Source of the DNA: Octopus vulgaris
Taxonomy: Eukaryota
Length of the DNA stretch: 64,000 nucleotides
Assembly (NCBI GenBank): GCA_951406725.2
Contig: OX597815.1
Coordinates: 9,548,001-9,612,000 of the forward strand
Direction: 5' to 3'
The position numbers were made by a program, and so were the translations under genes. Shown piece by piece: positions 25,871-38,826 of the stretch (position 1 is its first letter; each line of letters opens with the position of its first letter). A model generated the notes under the pieces. The model did no database searches and had not been told where the DNA came from. It saw only the letters and a list, made by a program, of their open reading frames with translations.

Positions 25871-26632
25871 TTAATTAAACAGTTGCGTAGTAAGAAGTTA
25901 GTAAATGTGCTGCTAGCTGTTGGAATGAGGCCAAATGACTATCACACTGCGAAAATCTAGAATCACATGGTGACATCAATTGTATTATCACACTTCAGAA
26001 AGAGCTAGCATCACAGATTTAAGTTCTGTAATTCTGTTAAATTTATTAAACTAATTAAGAAGTTGTAATTTTATTCTGAATATATAGTTCTGAGTTGCAC
26101 TGAGTGTTTTTATCTTCTATACTTGTAAAATTATATTGTCTTATATCTTCCATAGTGATAAAGTGGTGGAGTCGTAGCAGTTATTATGGAGTGAGAGAGA
26201 AAATGTTGAACACTTTTTCTTTTGCATTTACCTTTAATTCTGAATTCAAATCACATCAGAGTCTACATTTCTTTTCATCATCAATCTAATAACAATAAGT
26301 GTGATTAGATTAGTACAAGTCATACTATTAGGGCCCTTTTCAATCAACGAAATCATCTCTCCCCTATACATATGTCACAGCATGTTGATGTGAACATTTG
26401 TAAATTTTCTGCAGTGATATGCGAATTGTTGTACTGAATAATCTTTTAAGGGAGCACTGGGTGAAGGGAAGCTGAACAGGAATGGCAAAATAGGAAGCAG
26501 TAGGGAAGAGAATTGCAGAAGGGAATTGTGCCATGTAAAGTGATGTTAGGATCACTTTATAGGGAACATTAATCAGGGATCATAAAAAAAAAAGGGTTCT
26601 TATGCAATTGTTTAGAATGATTTTATTAGAAA

Positions 26633-27024
26633 CTAGCAGTATCACCCGGAGTTGCTCGGGTTTGTTTCGACCCTTTAGAATTGGAATTTTTGAAAAGTAA
26701 AAATTTTGCATTATGTAGCTTGTTATTCTCTTTAAGTGAACATTTTTCTGGTTGAAATACACCGAAAAATGGCGACCCAGCAGTTAAAAAAATCGTAAAA
26801 AATAGGATTTTCATAGAAAAAAAGCACCTTTTTGATGTAAATAATTTTTGATGTTAACACGGTCCGATTTGAATTTTATCTTCTACGGAAGGAAAAGCAA
26901 GCCTTCTTCTATCATACTTACAATTTTGGTCAAATTGCGCAGCAGGGTCTCGGAGGAGGTAGTGTTAGTTGAAGGCTACCAAACCTGCCACACACAGACA
27001 ACTTCAGCTTTATATATATAGAGA
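26633..27024 (-). mobile_element. non-autonomous Helitron
   Basis: TC/CTAG termini and subterminal hairpin. Confidence 0.78.
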
Positions 27025-27329
27025 TATTGAGATATTCTTCAGAATATATTGATTAAATTGGTACAGTCATAATGGGAACCTGTATCTACTGATTGTAGTT
27101 GCTGGATATAGAAACTTAATGTGGTGGTTCACCATAGTAGTTCGGTGTAGTGGTTTAGTATAGACATTTGTCTTAATGGATTTAGTGAAGTACTTTAAAA
27201 GTCAACAACTTTCATTGAGTAGAGGTGAGCTGTTAGTGAGATGATCTGAATTTCATTGCAAAGACCCGACAAATAATATGAGTTCATGACTGCTTCTTGC
27301 ACCAGTTTCGCATAGCCCCAGCCCATCCA

Positions 27330-27746
27330 AAGTACCTTGGATTGCAGAACGACCTGCTGTGCTTACCTTGGATCGTAGGGTGACCTGCTGTGCTTGAGGA
27401 GACCTACTGAGTCAAGTACATCAACATCAAAATGAAAGTCAAATGAAAATTGTAGTTGTGATACCTGTGCTGGTGGCACATAAAAAGCACCATCCGAACA
27501 TGGCTGATACCAGCGTTGCCTTGTCTGGCTTCTGTGCCAGTGGCACGTAAAAAGCACCAACCGATCGTGGCCGCTGTCAGCCTCCCCTGGTACGTAAAAA
27601 GCACCCACTACACTCACGGAGTGGCTGGCGTTAGGAAGGGCATTCAGCTGTAGAAACACTGCCAGATCAGATTGAAGCTTGGTGCAGCTTCCCAGATCCC
27701 GATCGAACTGTCCAACCCGTGCTAGCACGGAAAACGGACGTTAAAC

Positions 27747-27793
<47 letters not shown>

Positions 27794-27860
27794 CGATGAC
27801 GATGACGATGATGACGATGACGATGACGATGATGACGACGACGACGACGACGACGACGAC
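27330..27860 (+). mobile_element. family B element with (GAT)n grading into (GAC)n tail
   Basis: Core plus tail. Confidence 0.8.
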
Positions 27861-28795
27861 CTAAAGCAAAGAATTAGTTTATGAATCAGTGGTGGTGCCA
27901 ACAGATTAGTGAAGGTTGACTAATAGATCAGATGTGGTGAACTGATAATATTGCGTGATGTAAGTGAAGACTGAATGATGAGATCAGCCAGGGCAGTAGA
28001 AAGCTGGGGTAAACTTAAGGTAATTTTGTTGGGTATAACAAGAGATATGATAAAATAACTGGGGTTGATTAAAGATGAAGTGAGTTATCTATTGCTAACC
28101 GAAGGTGGAGTGGGATGGCTAAAATTGACCAAAGGTAAGCTAGAGATCACCCAAATGAGGTGAGTTAAATAGACTGGCCATGGATGAAGTGAGTTACAAA
28201 GGTTGACCGAAAAGGAAGTAAGTTAGCCGATACAGAGCAAATTAAAGGGGTCAAATAATCAGGAAAATGCTCAAGAATTTGATTTCATATATGAAATGTT
28301 TGAGGATCAATGAAAAGAAGAATTTTTAGAGATTTTTATTTAAACTATATAAACAAGTTGATGATGGTTGTGGTGGTGGTGGTGGTGGTGGTGGTGGTGG
28401 TGGTGGTGGTGGTGGTGATGGTGGAGGTGGTGGTGTTGGTGGTGGGGGATAATGATGATTGTTAGTAGTAGTAGTAGTAGTGATGGTCATGATGATGGTA
28501 CATCTTTGAGTGTCCTTCTGTCAAATAGATTTTTTGTCAGCCAGAAGAAATAATGTCATTAAAAACAATACTGTCATTAAAAGAAATAAAGATTTTTGAT
28601 ATCTTGCATCTTATTGATATCTTATAGAGAAGAGAAGAGAAGATAAGAAAAAAAAATTGAAATTTCATGACGTTCGTGCTTTTTCCAAGATCATTAGTAA
28701 AGCAACTTCAGTGAAATGACTAAACAGGAATCAGAAACATCACCTGTGACTAACTCAGTCACTCAAACCAAAACGGTTGCTCCTGGGACTTCACT

Positions 28796-29100
28796 CATCA
28801 TCATCATCATCATCGTTTAACGTCCATTTTCCATGCTAACATGGGTTGGATGGTTTCACCGGGATCTGGGAAGCCAGGAGGCTGTACCAGGCCCTAGTCT
28901 GATCTGGCAGTGTTTCTACAGCTGGATGCCCTTCCTAAAGCCAACCACTCCGTGAGTGTAGTGGGTAATTTTTACGTGCCACCAGCACAGGTGCTAGGGG
29001 AGGCTAGCAACAGCCACGAATTGTTGGTGCTTTTTACGTGCCACCAGTACGAGGGCCAGTTTGGTGGTACTGGCAATGGCCACGCCCAAATGGTGCTTTT
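28796..29100 (-). mobile_element. family B element
   Basis: Core plus (ATC)n. Confidence 0.78.
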
Positions 29101-29368
29101 TATCCTAAAATGTTTCAGTTGTTTACATCAACTGTGGGCCCAGGTACTGACAAAAGCAAGTTCTTAATGTGTTTACCAGTGACCTGGATGGTTAGTTGCT
29201 TGCAGACATCATCAGTCCCCAACTAATTCCTATTTGGGTGTTCACAAATATTTACTCGCTTGAACACAGCAATTTGGGGTTTTATTTCTAGGCAATGAGT
29301 TGGAGTTTGGAACCCTGCCAATACTTCTACTACAGGCTTATATTTAAAAGGGTAACTTCTACTTCCAG

Positions 29369-29530
29369 GTTCACAATTTATTCTTCCGTTGTGTCTTTCT
29401 GGTTGGTTCCAGTGCTTTGGTATTGTTCACCCTTTCTGCCGTTCACCAGACATTTGTTGGTCACCTTGCTGTCCTCGTTCTCAGCTATGTAGCAGCCTGG
29501 GGCTGGAAGAGAGGACTTAAGAACAATCAG
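29369..29530 (+). CDS. SLC9B2: NHA/SLC9B-like antiporter, exon D
   Basis: cttctacttccag acceptor, gtatgt donor, 162 nt phase 0/0. VHNLFFRCVFLVGSSALVLFTLSAVHQTFVGHLAVLVLSYVAAWGWKRGLKNNQ resembles KLVCKRTFLVLGLSVLAVF...GSGGLCTLVMAFLAGMGW. Confidence 0.85.
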
Positions 29531-29617
29531 GTATGTAATCTCTTCTGTGCTTTTTGGTACAGAGAGCTATCTTTGATTATTTTGGTGCTGAATGTATTTA
29601 CTATTGTTTGGGGAACA

Positions 29618-30200
29618 AAGGGTAAAGGGTAAAGAGCCCCTTCTGTCATGAACGACCATGGGATTGCACCTAGAAAGTTCCCCTCCAAGGCACAAATCCA
29701 GGCAAGGTTGTTTATGGAATACCAGCAGTCATCCATGCATACCAGCCTCCCCTCTCCACACCACTGATGTTATCCAAGGGAAAGACAAAGGTCGATACAG
29801 CTTGGCACCAGTGACGTCGCAACTCATTTCTACAGCTGAGTGAACTGGAGCAACGTGAAATAAAGTGTCTTGCTCAAGAACACAACGCACAGTCCAGTCC
29901 AGGAATTGAACTCACTACCTCATGATTGTGAGTCCCATGCTCTAACCTATTTCTTTACTACCCACAAGGGGCTAAACACAGAGGGGACAAACAAGGACAG
30001 ACATAGGTATTAAGTCGATTACATCGACCCCAGTGCGTAACTGGTACTTAATTTATCGACCCCGAAAGGATGAAAGGCAAAGTCGACCTCGGCGGAATTT
30101 GAACTCACAACATAACGGCAGACGAAATACCGCTAAGCATTTCGCCCGGCGTGCTAACGTTTCTGCCAGCTCGCCGCCTAACCACTGAGTCATGCACCTT
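29618..30200 (-). mobile_element. tRNA-derived SINE with a family C SINE (29948-30178) nested in its head
   Basis: ctaacc duplicated at both sides of the family C copy; the host tRNA head resumes as actgagtcatgcacct. Confidence 0.7.
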
Positions 30201-30923
30201 GTTTTGGGAATACCCAGTTACTAATGGGTTAGAGTTGTATTCGCTATTTTATGGAAGATATGTTGTCACTAACATTACAATAGGTATGTTTCTATATTTG
30301 TGTTGAGGGTATATATTTACCAGGCTTTGTATTGGAAGTATATATATTCACCAATGCACAAGAGGTATGCATTTACTAATGCACTGGAGAGACATATTCA
30401 TTAGTTTGTTTGACATGTGTGTTCACTGTTGTCTTGGAAGCAAGAATTTGCCATTGTACTGAAGGTAAATATTTAATAAATGTATCTCGATTGCAAATTT
30501 ATTGGAGACGAAATACGATGAAGCTGATTAAGAGTGTGAGTACCTCAATACATTCACTTTTAATATACAATAGTGGTACTCTGGTATATTCGCAGTACTG
30601 TCACCAGTAAAAGCAATTTGAAGCTCAAGAGGCCCTGCAGTGGGCTTGAACCCCAGACCACGGGGTTTTGAAGCAAACTTCTTAATCATGCAGTCATGCC
30701 TGTGACTATATTTTTATCTTCAATTATTTACATCCAGTTTTTGCTGTTCTTCTTTGTTTTTTTTTTTGTTTGTTTTTTTGTAATGGCTTTGTCAATGGAG
30801 GGAGAGCCATGGCCCTTGAGCTTTTCATAACTCCTCTGTGACAGATGAGAGGAAGGGAGGAAATAATTTCCCCTTTGAGTCTCTGTTAATTCTATGTTGC
30901 TAAAATGGATTATTTCGTTGCAG

Positions 30924-31041
30924 ATGCTCTTGCATAAACTGGACACCATACTGAGTACATTCTGGCTATTTTGTCAGACGCTGCTGTTTGGCCTCATGGG
31001 ATGTGATGTCAACTTGTCTGTGATCAATGCCAGAATACTTG
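30924..31041 (+). CDS. SLC9B2: NHA/SLC9B-like antiporter, exon E
   Basis: ttcgttgcag acceptor, gtaaat donor. MLLHKLDTILSTFWLFCQTLLFGLMGCDVNLSVINARIL(G) resembles WDIFQPLLFGLIGAEV. Confidence 0.88.
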
Positions 31042-31236
31042 GTAAATTTAATTTCTTTATTGTATTAATTCGGTCTGATCTATGACTTACAATTTGGTTC
31101 TCTTAACCTCTGAACTACGTTTTATCTATTTTTCACCTACTGTGTTTACATGTGCATAATATGAAAAATTTAATGCAAAACATCTAAAAAAGCCGTTACT
31201 GAGTTTTAAATACAGTGTGGAGAGTTATCTTATATA

Positions 31237-31239
<3 letters not shown>

Positions 31240-31303
<64 letters not shown>

Positions 31304-32402
31304 AATTATTGTATACAGTGCTCAGGTGCACCACAACTTGTCAAAAGTGCGTATAAAGCATATGCAGTAATGTAGAAATGTCTGGGAAGTGAACAGTGTA
31401 TGAGTCAGATACATGCTTGCGTGTGTATGGAGGGGAGAAAGATCAGGTGTAGTGTTGGCGAATCTCAGGAAGCATGGAAGTTTTGAAGGATGCAGTGCTC
31501 CAACAACTAACAACTGATGCCGGCAGTTTGTTCCATGCTTCAGCAACTCTTAGCATGAAAAAATGTTTCCGAAAGTCATGGAAGGAGCTGTGCTGCTTTC
31601 TGACTTTGTAAACATGTCCACAGGTGTTAGACAGGTGGAGTTTGAAAAGGTGCTCAGAGTTATTGTTAGTAAGATGAGACTGCATTGTACTTAAGTAAAT
31701 ATAGTGTCTTTATCTTTCATGGGCTGATGCATTTATTGTCTATAATGTACATCTATGTCATCATAGTCTCTTAACTTTTGCATGAATAACAGCAGCCTTT
31801 AGTAATTGTGAATAATATTTACCTCTCTTAACTCCGTATTAGTAATGACTTTCTTAAGTCACTAACTATGGCTAATGTTTACCTTTGATTACTTATTTTT
31901 TCACGCTAAGAGTTGCTGAAGCATGGAACAAACTGTTGGCATCAGTTGTTAGTTGTCGGAGCACTGCATCCTTCAAAACTTCCATGCTTCCTGAGATTCG
32001 CCAACACAACACCTGATTTTCTCCCCTCCATGCACACGCAACAATAACTCTGAGCACCTTTTCAAACTCCACCTGTCTAACACCTGTGGACATCTTTACA
32101 AAGTCAGAAAACAACACAGCTCCTTCCATGACTTTCGGAAACATTCTTTCACGCTAAGAGTTGCTGAAGCATGGAACGAACTGCCAGCATCAGTTGTTAG
32201 TTGTCGGAGCACTGAATCCTTCAAAACTTCCACGCTTCCTGAGATTCGCCAACACTACACCTGATTTTCTCCCCTCCATACACACGCAAGCATGTATCTG
32301 ACTCATACACTGTTCACTTCCCAGACATTTGTACATTACTGCATATTCTTTATATGCACTTTTGACAAGTTGTGGTGCACCTAAGCACTGCATACAATAA
32401 TT

Positions 32403-32448
<46 letters not shown>

Positions 32449-34290
32449 AGATATATATCTTACTAACAATAACTCTGAGCACCTTTTCAAACTCCGCCTG
32501 TCTAACACCCGTGGACATGTTTTACAAAGTCAGAAAACAGCACAGCTCCTTCCATGACTTTCGGAAACATTTTTTCACGCTAAGAGTTGCTGAATGTGTT
32601 GGCAATCACTATCTCTCTTCATTATGCATATGGATACTACCCACTGTTTCTCATCATTGAGGGTAACATCCACTTCTAGTCAACACATATGCAAACCTCA
32701 AGTGTGTATAAATGTTTGTTTATTTGTGTGTGTTGTTGCATCTTTCCTGACATAAATGATGACACAGAAATGGCTGCACCTCAGTTCTATCTCAGCCAAG
32801 ATTCACAAAGATTCATGAGCCAGGATCCATGAATCAATCAGTCTCAATGAAGAAAACTTTCCTTTCTTGAAATATCTATAGGCGCAGGAGTGGCTGTGTG
32901 GTAAGTAGCTTGTTTACCAACCACATGGTTCCGGGTTCAGTCCCACTGCGTGGCACCTTGGGCAAGTGTCTTCTGCTATAGCCTCGGGCCGACCAAAGCC
33001 TTGTGAGTGGATTTGGTAGATGGAAACTGAAAGAAACCCGTCGTATATATGTATATGTATGTATGTGCGTATATGTTTGTGTGTCTGTGTTTGTCCCCCT
33101 AGCATTGCTTGACAACCGATGCCGGTGTGTTTATGTCCCCGTCACTTAGCGGTTCGGCAAAAGAGACCGATAGAATAAGTACTGGGCTTACAAAAGAATA
33201 AGTCCCGGGGTCGAGTTGCTTGATTAAAGGCGGTGCTCCAGCATGGCCGCAGTCAAAATGACTGAAACAAGTAAAAAAAAAAAAAATAATAATGAATGAA
33301 TGTATGCAGCATATAAATGACTGTAGAAGAAAAATATTATTTATTGAAATGGCCCTTTATTTACATTGCAACAAAGTAACGTACAACTTTTTCAAGTTGA
33401 TGTTATGCATTGATAATTTGCAGTTCTACTGTCCATTCTGGAGACGGTTAACTTCATCTTTTGTTGATTGCTGACTGCCAGGAGGATGGATGAAAGAAGG
33501 AGAGAGAAAGCGCAAAAGAATTCAGACAAGTAGTGAGGGTCAAAGTCACATAAAGACAAACCATACCTGAAGTGCTCTTCTAGTGAGGGGCCAAGTGAAA
33601 AAAAGTAGAATCAATTTGGGGTTCTGTATTCATATTTTTTAAAACTGAATTAGGTCAGGCTAGACAAAGTATTTCTCTTATCTTCCTGAACCCCATTAAC
33701 CCAAGACTGTTAACTTAAACAATAGAACTTAACTAAGTGTGGCAGTTAACTCTTAAATATTTCTCAGAGAAAAATCTGAGAACAATGGGAAAGGAATTGG
33801 TAGAAAAATTTAGATTCTATTTCGAATCCTGGCTTAAAATTCTGGAAGTTATTTAAAAAAAATAATGAAATAATGAAATTATTGTATACAGTGCTCAGGT
33901 GCACCACAACTTGACAAAAGTGCGTATAAAGCATATGCAGTAATGTACAAATGTCTGGGAAGCGAACAGTGTATGAGTCAGATACATGCTTGCATGTGTA
34001 TGGAGGGGAGAAAATCAGGCGTAGTGTTGGCGAATCTCAGAAAGCATGGAAGTTTTGAAGGATGCAGTGCTCCGACAACTAACAACTGATGCTGGCAGTT
34101 TGTTCCATGTTTCAGCAGCTCTTGGCGTGAAAAAATGTTTCCGAAAGTTATGGGAGCTGTGCTGTTTTCTGACTTTGTAAACATGTCCACAGGTGTTAGA
34201 CAGGTGCACGAAAAAAATGTTTCCGAAAGTCATGGGAGCTGTGCTGTTTTCTGACTTTGTAAACATGTCCACAGGTGTTATACAGGTGCA
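31240..34290. mobile_element. cluster of CR1 3' fragments (31240-31675 -, 31895-32445 +, 32458-32595 +, 33870-34290 -)
   Basis: All carry GHVYKVRKQHSS.DFRKHFF..RVAE-coding sequence; (TAA)n/(TTA)n tails at 31240-31300 and ~32405-32445. Confidence 0.85.
32881..33280 (+). mobile_element. SINE family A
   Basis: Full-length copy. Confidence 0.87.
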
Positions 34291-34632
34291 TAACTGAGAA
34301 CCATGATTCTTGTATGGTGAAGCATCTTACTAACATATGTTATACCTTAATGAAAAAAAATGCCTGACTGAACAACCTATCCCAGCTGGTGGGGACATAC
34401 GGTTGAGGCACTATTCATCCTTTCAGCTGCTGGAGTTTGGCTTGCAAGACTTCTATTCAGGCCATTTTCCTTTGCCACCATCTCACCCTTGCATGAACAA
34501 TCCATGTTTACAGTTGAGTGGACTGGAACAACATGAATTGAAATATTTTGCTTAAGAACACAACATGCAGCTGATCTGGGAATTGAAACCACGATCTCAG
34601 AATCATGAGTGCAACACTTAACAACTAGGGTT

Positions 34633-35070
34633 CATCATCATCATCATCATCATCATTTAACGTCCGCTTTCCATGCTAGCATGGGTTGGACGGTTCAACT
34701 GGGGTCTGGGGAGCCCGAAGACTGCACCAGTCCAGTCAGATCTGGCAGTGTTTCTACAGCTGGATGCCCTTCCTAATGCCAACCACTCCGAGAGTGTAGT
34801 GGGTGATTTTATGTGCCACCGACACAGGTGCCAGACGAGGCTGGCAAACGGCCACGCTCGGATGGTGTTTTTTATGTGCCACCGACACAGGTGCCAGACG
34901 AGGCTGGCAGACGGCCACGCTCGGATGGTGTTTTTATGTGCCACCGACACAGGTGCCAGATGAGGCTGGCAAACGGCCACGATCGGATGGTGTTTGTTAC
35001 GTGCCCACAGCACTGAGGCCAGTCGATGCGGTACTGGCTACGGCCACGTTCGGATGGTTTTCTTGTGTGC
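34633..35070 (-). mobile_element. family B element with ~63-bp tandem internal units
   Basis: tttatgtgccaccgacacaggtgccagacgaggctggcaaacggccacgctcggatggtg three times. Confidence 0.82.
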
Positions 35071-35140
35071 CATGCTTTCTTGTGTGTTCATGCTTTGATA
35101 AATAAAGAAATAACAGTTAATGTCTTTGTTCTTCTTGTAG

Positions 35141-35277
35141 GTTTTGTATTTGCATGTTTGTTGACTGGTCTCTTAGTGCGGCTTGTAATATCGTATGTTG
35201 TGATGATCAGGACCCAGATCACCAAGAGGGAACGTGTCTACTGCAGTTTGGCTTTGCTACCAAAAGCTGAAAGTCAG
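35141..35277 (+). CDS. SLC9B2: NHA/SLC9B-like antiporter, exon F
   Basis: cttcttgtag acceptor, gtactc donor. (G)FVFACLLTGLLVRLVISYVVMIRTQITKRERVYCSLALLPKAESQ resembles GLCVATVGIAVLIRIL...NLKEKIFISFAWLPKATVQ. Confidence 0.9.
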
Positions 35278-35330
35278 GTACTCTCCTTACATTTCTATAG
35301 ATATAGTCAGAGAAAATGCATCAGCATTTT

Positions 35331-35364
<34 letters not shown>

Positions 35365-36023
35365 ATGTGTGTGCATGTGTGACTGGGTGTATGCTCTCTT
35401 TGTCTTGAAGTGCACTCACTGATTGCAAATTATGTATGGACTGTCCTCTCAAATTGTTCTCATATGTGTGTAGTTTGGGTCATTTGTTGCTTAACAGACT
35501 GAAGCATCTTTACCTTGCTTGGAAGCAGGTGAAGGTTGGTGACAGAATAGGCACCCAGCTGTAGAGAATTCTGCCTCACTGGAATCATGTCTCCCACACC
35601 AGCATAGAAAAGTAGACTTTGAAATAAGGATGATAGAAGTAATGATGAAGATGATGACGATGATGATGATGACAATGATCATGGGGATATATGCACATAC
35701 ACACAAACACACACACACTTATATATACATAAACATACACATACGTACATATGTACATATATCATCATCATCATCATTAACATCATCATTTAATGTTCAC
35801 TTTCCATTCTGACATAAGTTGTATGGCTTGACAGGAGCCCCAAAGACTAAGGGCTGCAGATTCCATTGTCTGTTCTGGCAGGGTTCCTTACTGCTGGAGG
35901 CCCTTTCTAACACCAACTACTTTATAAAGTGTACTAGGTGACTTTTATGTGGCACCAGCACTAGTGCTTTTTACATGGCACCAGCACCATATATATATGG
36001 TATATATATATATATATATATGT

Positions 36024-36341
36024 GAGGGCACGTGGCTTAGTGGTTAGGGCATTCGGCTCATGATCGTAAGGTTGTGAGTTCGATTCCCGGCAACGCGTTG
36101 TGTCCTTGAGCCAGACACTTTATTTCACGCTGCTCCAGTCCACTCAGCTGGCAAAAATGAGTTGTACTTGTATTTCAAAGGGTCAGCCTTGTCACTCTCT
36201 GTGTCACGCTGATTATCCCCGAGAACTACGTTAAGGGTACACGTGTCTGTGGAATGCTCAGCCATTTGCACGTTAATTTCACGAGCAAGCTGTTCCGTTG
36301 ATCGTATCAGCTGGGACCCTCGTCGTCGTAACCGGCGGAGT

Positions 36342-36342
<1 letters not shown>
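36024..36342 (+). mobile_element. tRNA-derived SINE between (TA)n tracts
   Basis: A box tggcttagtgg, B box gagttcgattccc. Confidence 0.7.
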
Positions 36343-36387
<45 letters not shown>

Positions 36388-36990
36388 TATATATTAAACT
36401 CTGTTGGACTTTTGGATTTTACTCAAAGGATATTGGCATATTACACATATATACCATTATGCCTATAAAGCGGATTTTTGAACTCAATAACCATACATGT
36501 CTTACATCTATTTTCTTTCCTCCACCTCACTCTCTATTTATATCACATCTAAACTAACTATGGCTTAACTTTCCTCTCACACCATCTCCGATGAAAGGAT
36601 ATTATTAATTAATATCCTAGAAACAGCTATGAGACCTTCCATCTATAAATGCTCTAATATCTACACAGCTTCAGTTTTTTTTTATCTCATTACGCAAAAA
36701 ATTCATATATATATATACACGCATACACACACATGCATATCTATATGTACATTTGTATGTGCATATATACATACATACTACGCAACCTTCCTAGCTACTT
36801 CATTCCGCTTGCTTCTCAGCAAGTCTTGCAACATGCGTCACACTCTTTTGTTGGTGCTTAAAATTAAATTTGAATAACGGAATTTTGATTCTTAGTTAGA
36901 AAAGCTGTTTCCACTTTATAGGAAAAAAAAATTCAAAGAATAAAAAAGTGAAAGAGACATACAAATATAGATACATTTGCATATAAACTT

Positions 36991-37124
36991 AAATGCTTTT
37001 AAACATTTATACCTAGACACATGTACAAATATACATACATAGGCATTTCTAAAATATAAATGCTTTTAAACATTTATACCTAGACACATGTACAAATATA
37101 CATACATAGGCATTTCTAAAATAT
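36991..37124. repeat. 67-bp exact tandem duplication
   Basis: aaatgcttttaaacatttatacctagac...ctaaaatat twice. Confidence 0.9.
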
Positions 37125-37306
37125 GTACATTTGTAAAATATACATAGATATAAAACATATATAGATACAAATATACATAGAGATCTTCATAAATATATAT
37201 ACACATCCACACATATATATATAGACATATATATACAGATACATACACATACACACACACATTTGTTTGTATGTTGTATACATGTATATATATGTGTGTG
37301 TATATA

Positions 37307-37348
<42 letters not shown>

Positions 37349-37710
37349 TATATACACACATATATACATACATACATACAACATACATATATATATACAT
37401 ATTACATATATATATCATCGTCATCATCATCATCATCATCGTTGTTTTAGCATGGAAAACGGACGTTAAACTACGATGATGTTGATGATGATGATATATA
37501 TGTATGTATTTTGTATGTATACACACACACACATATGTAAGTATATACAAATTGAGAGGAATAGTGTTAATTTATGTCAGTTCAATAAAACTTTCATAGG
37601 AAACATAACATACATGTGGCTTGGAAAATATATCTAAAGTTTCGGTAACATGTATGGATGTGTGTGTGAGTATGTGTGTGTCTGTGTGTGCACATGTGTG
37701 TGTGTGTGTG

Positions 37711-37753
<43 letters not shown>

Positions 37754-38442
37754 CATGCATGATGTATGTTAATTTTTTTTGTTTCATTCTAGAATGGATA
37801 ACAGAAACACTTCCTTTTTAAATTGCATTATCCATGCTAGCATATACACACACACACACGCACACACACACACACACACATACACACAGACACAATCCCA
37901 CAAACACATACATATACAAATATGCAAAGCTGGTATACAAACTTACGTATTTATATAGATTAGTGCATGTTGAGTTTACAAATGAAGAAAAAGTCTGCAC
38001 TCAACACATCAAGAAGAATCTGGATATTTCATTGGAAGCTGTAGATTCTTGAATCTTTATAGAATTTTACTCTGCTGATTATGCAAACACATGTAATGGA
38101 GAAGGAAGAATGGCTATACCATTTACGCTACGTCTTTTACTTGTTTCAGTCATTGTTCTTTGGCCATGCTGGAGCACCGCTTCGAAGGATTTAGTCAAAC
38201 AAATCAACTGCAGCACCTTTTTTTTCTTTTTTTTTGAGCCTGGTACTTAATTCTATTGATATCTGTTTCCTGAACCAGTAATTTACAGGGACATAAACAA
38301 ACCAGCCCAGGTTGTCATGTGGTGGTAGGGGACAAACATGAACACAAAGATGCACACACATAGCCATATACATGCACACATACATGTTCATTGCACATAT
38401 ACATACATACATCATCATGTCTGCCTTCCATGCTGGCATGTA

Positions 38443-38594
<152 letters not shown>

Positions 38595-38794
38595 TAATAT
38601 TATAGATCGTTAGCCACTACACACATATTTTTCTCTCCTTGTTTCTATCCTTGTTTTCTTTTCTGTGTCCCTTTCTGCAGAAGAGCGTAGGCTCGAAACG
38701 TAAAAGACTTTTTCTATTCCTGAGCGTTATACTAATACATCTGTTTGTTTTATACACCACCTGTCTTCGTCCTTTGTCTTTTTCATGAACTTTC

Positions 38795-38826
<32 letters not shown>

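Noticed and set aside
34805-35000. CRISPR-like regular repeats with palindromic cores
   Set aside because: Units are whole tandem duplicates without unique spacers, lie inside a eukaryotic retroposon, and no cas genes are present.
36024-36095. tRNA gene
   Set aside because: A and B boxes are present but no complete cloverleaf; the sequence continues into a SINE body. The same holds for the family A and C heads.
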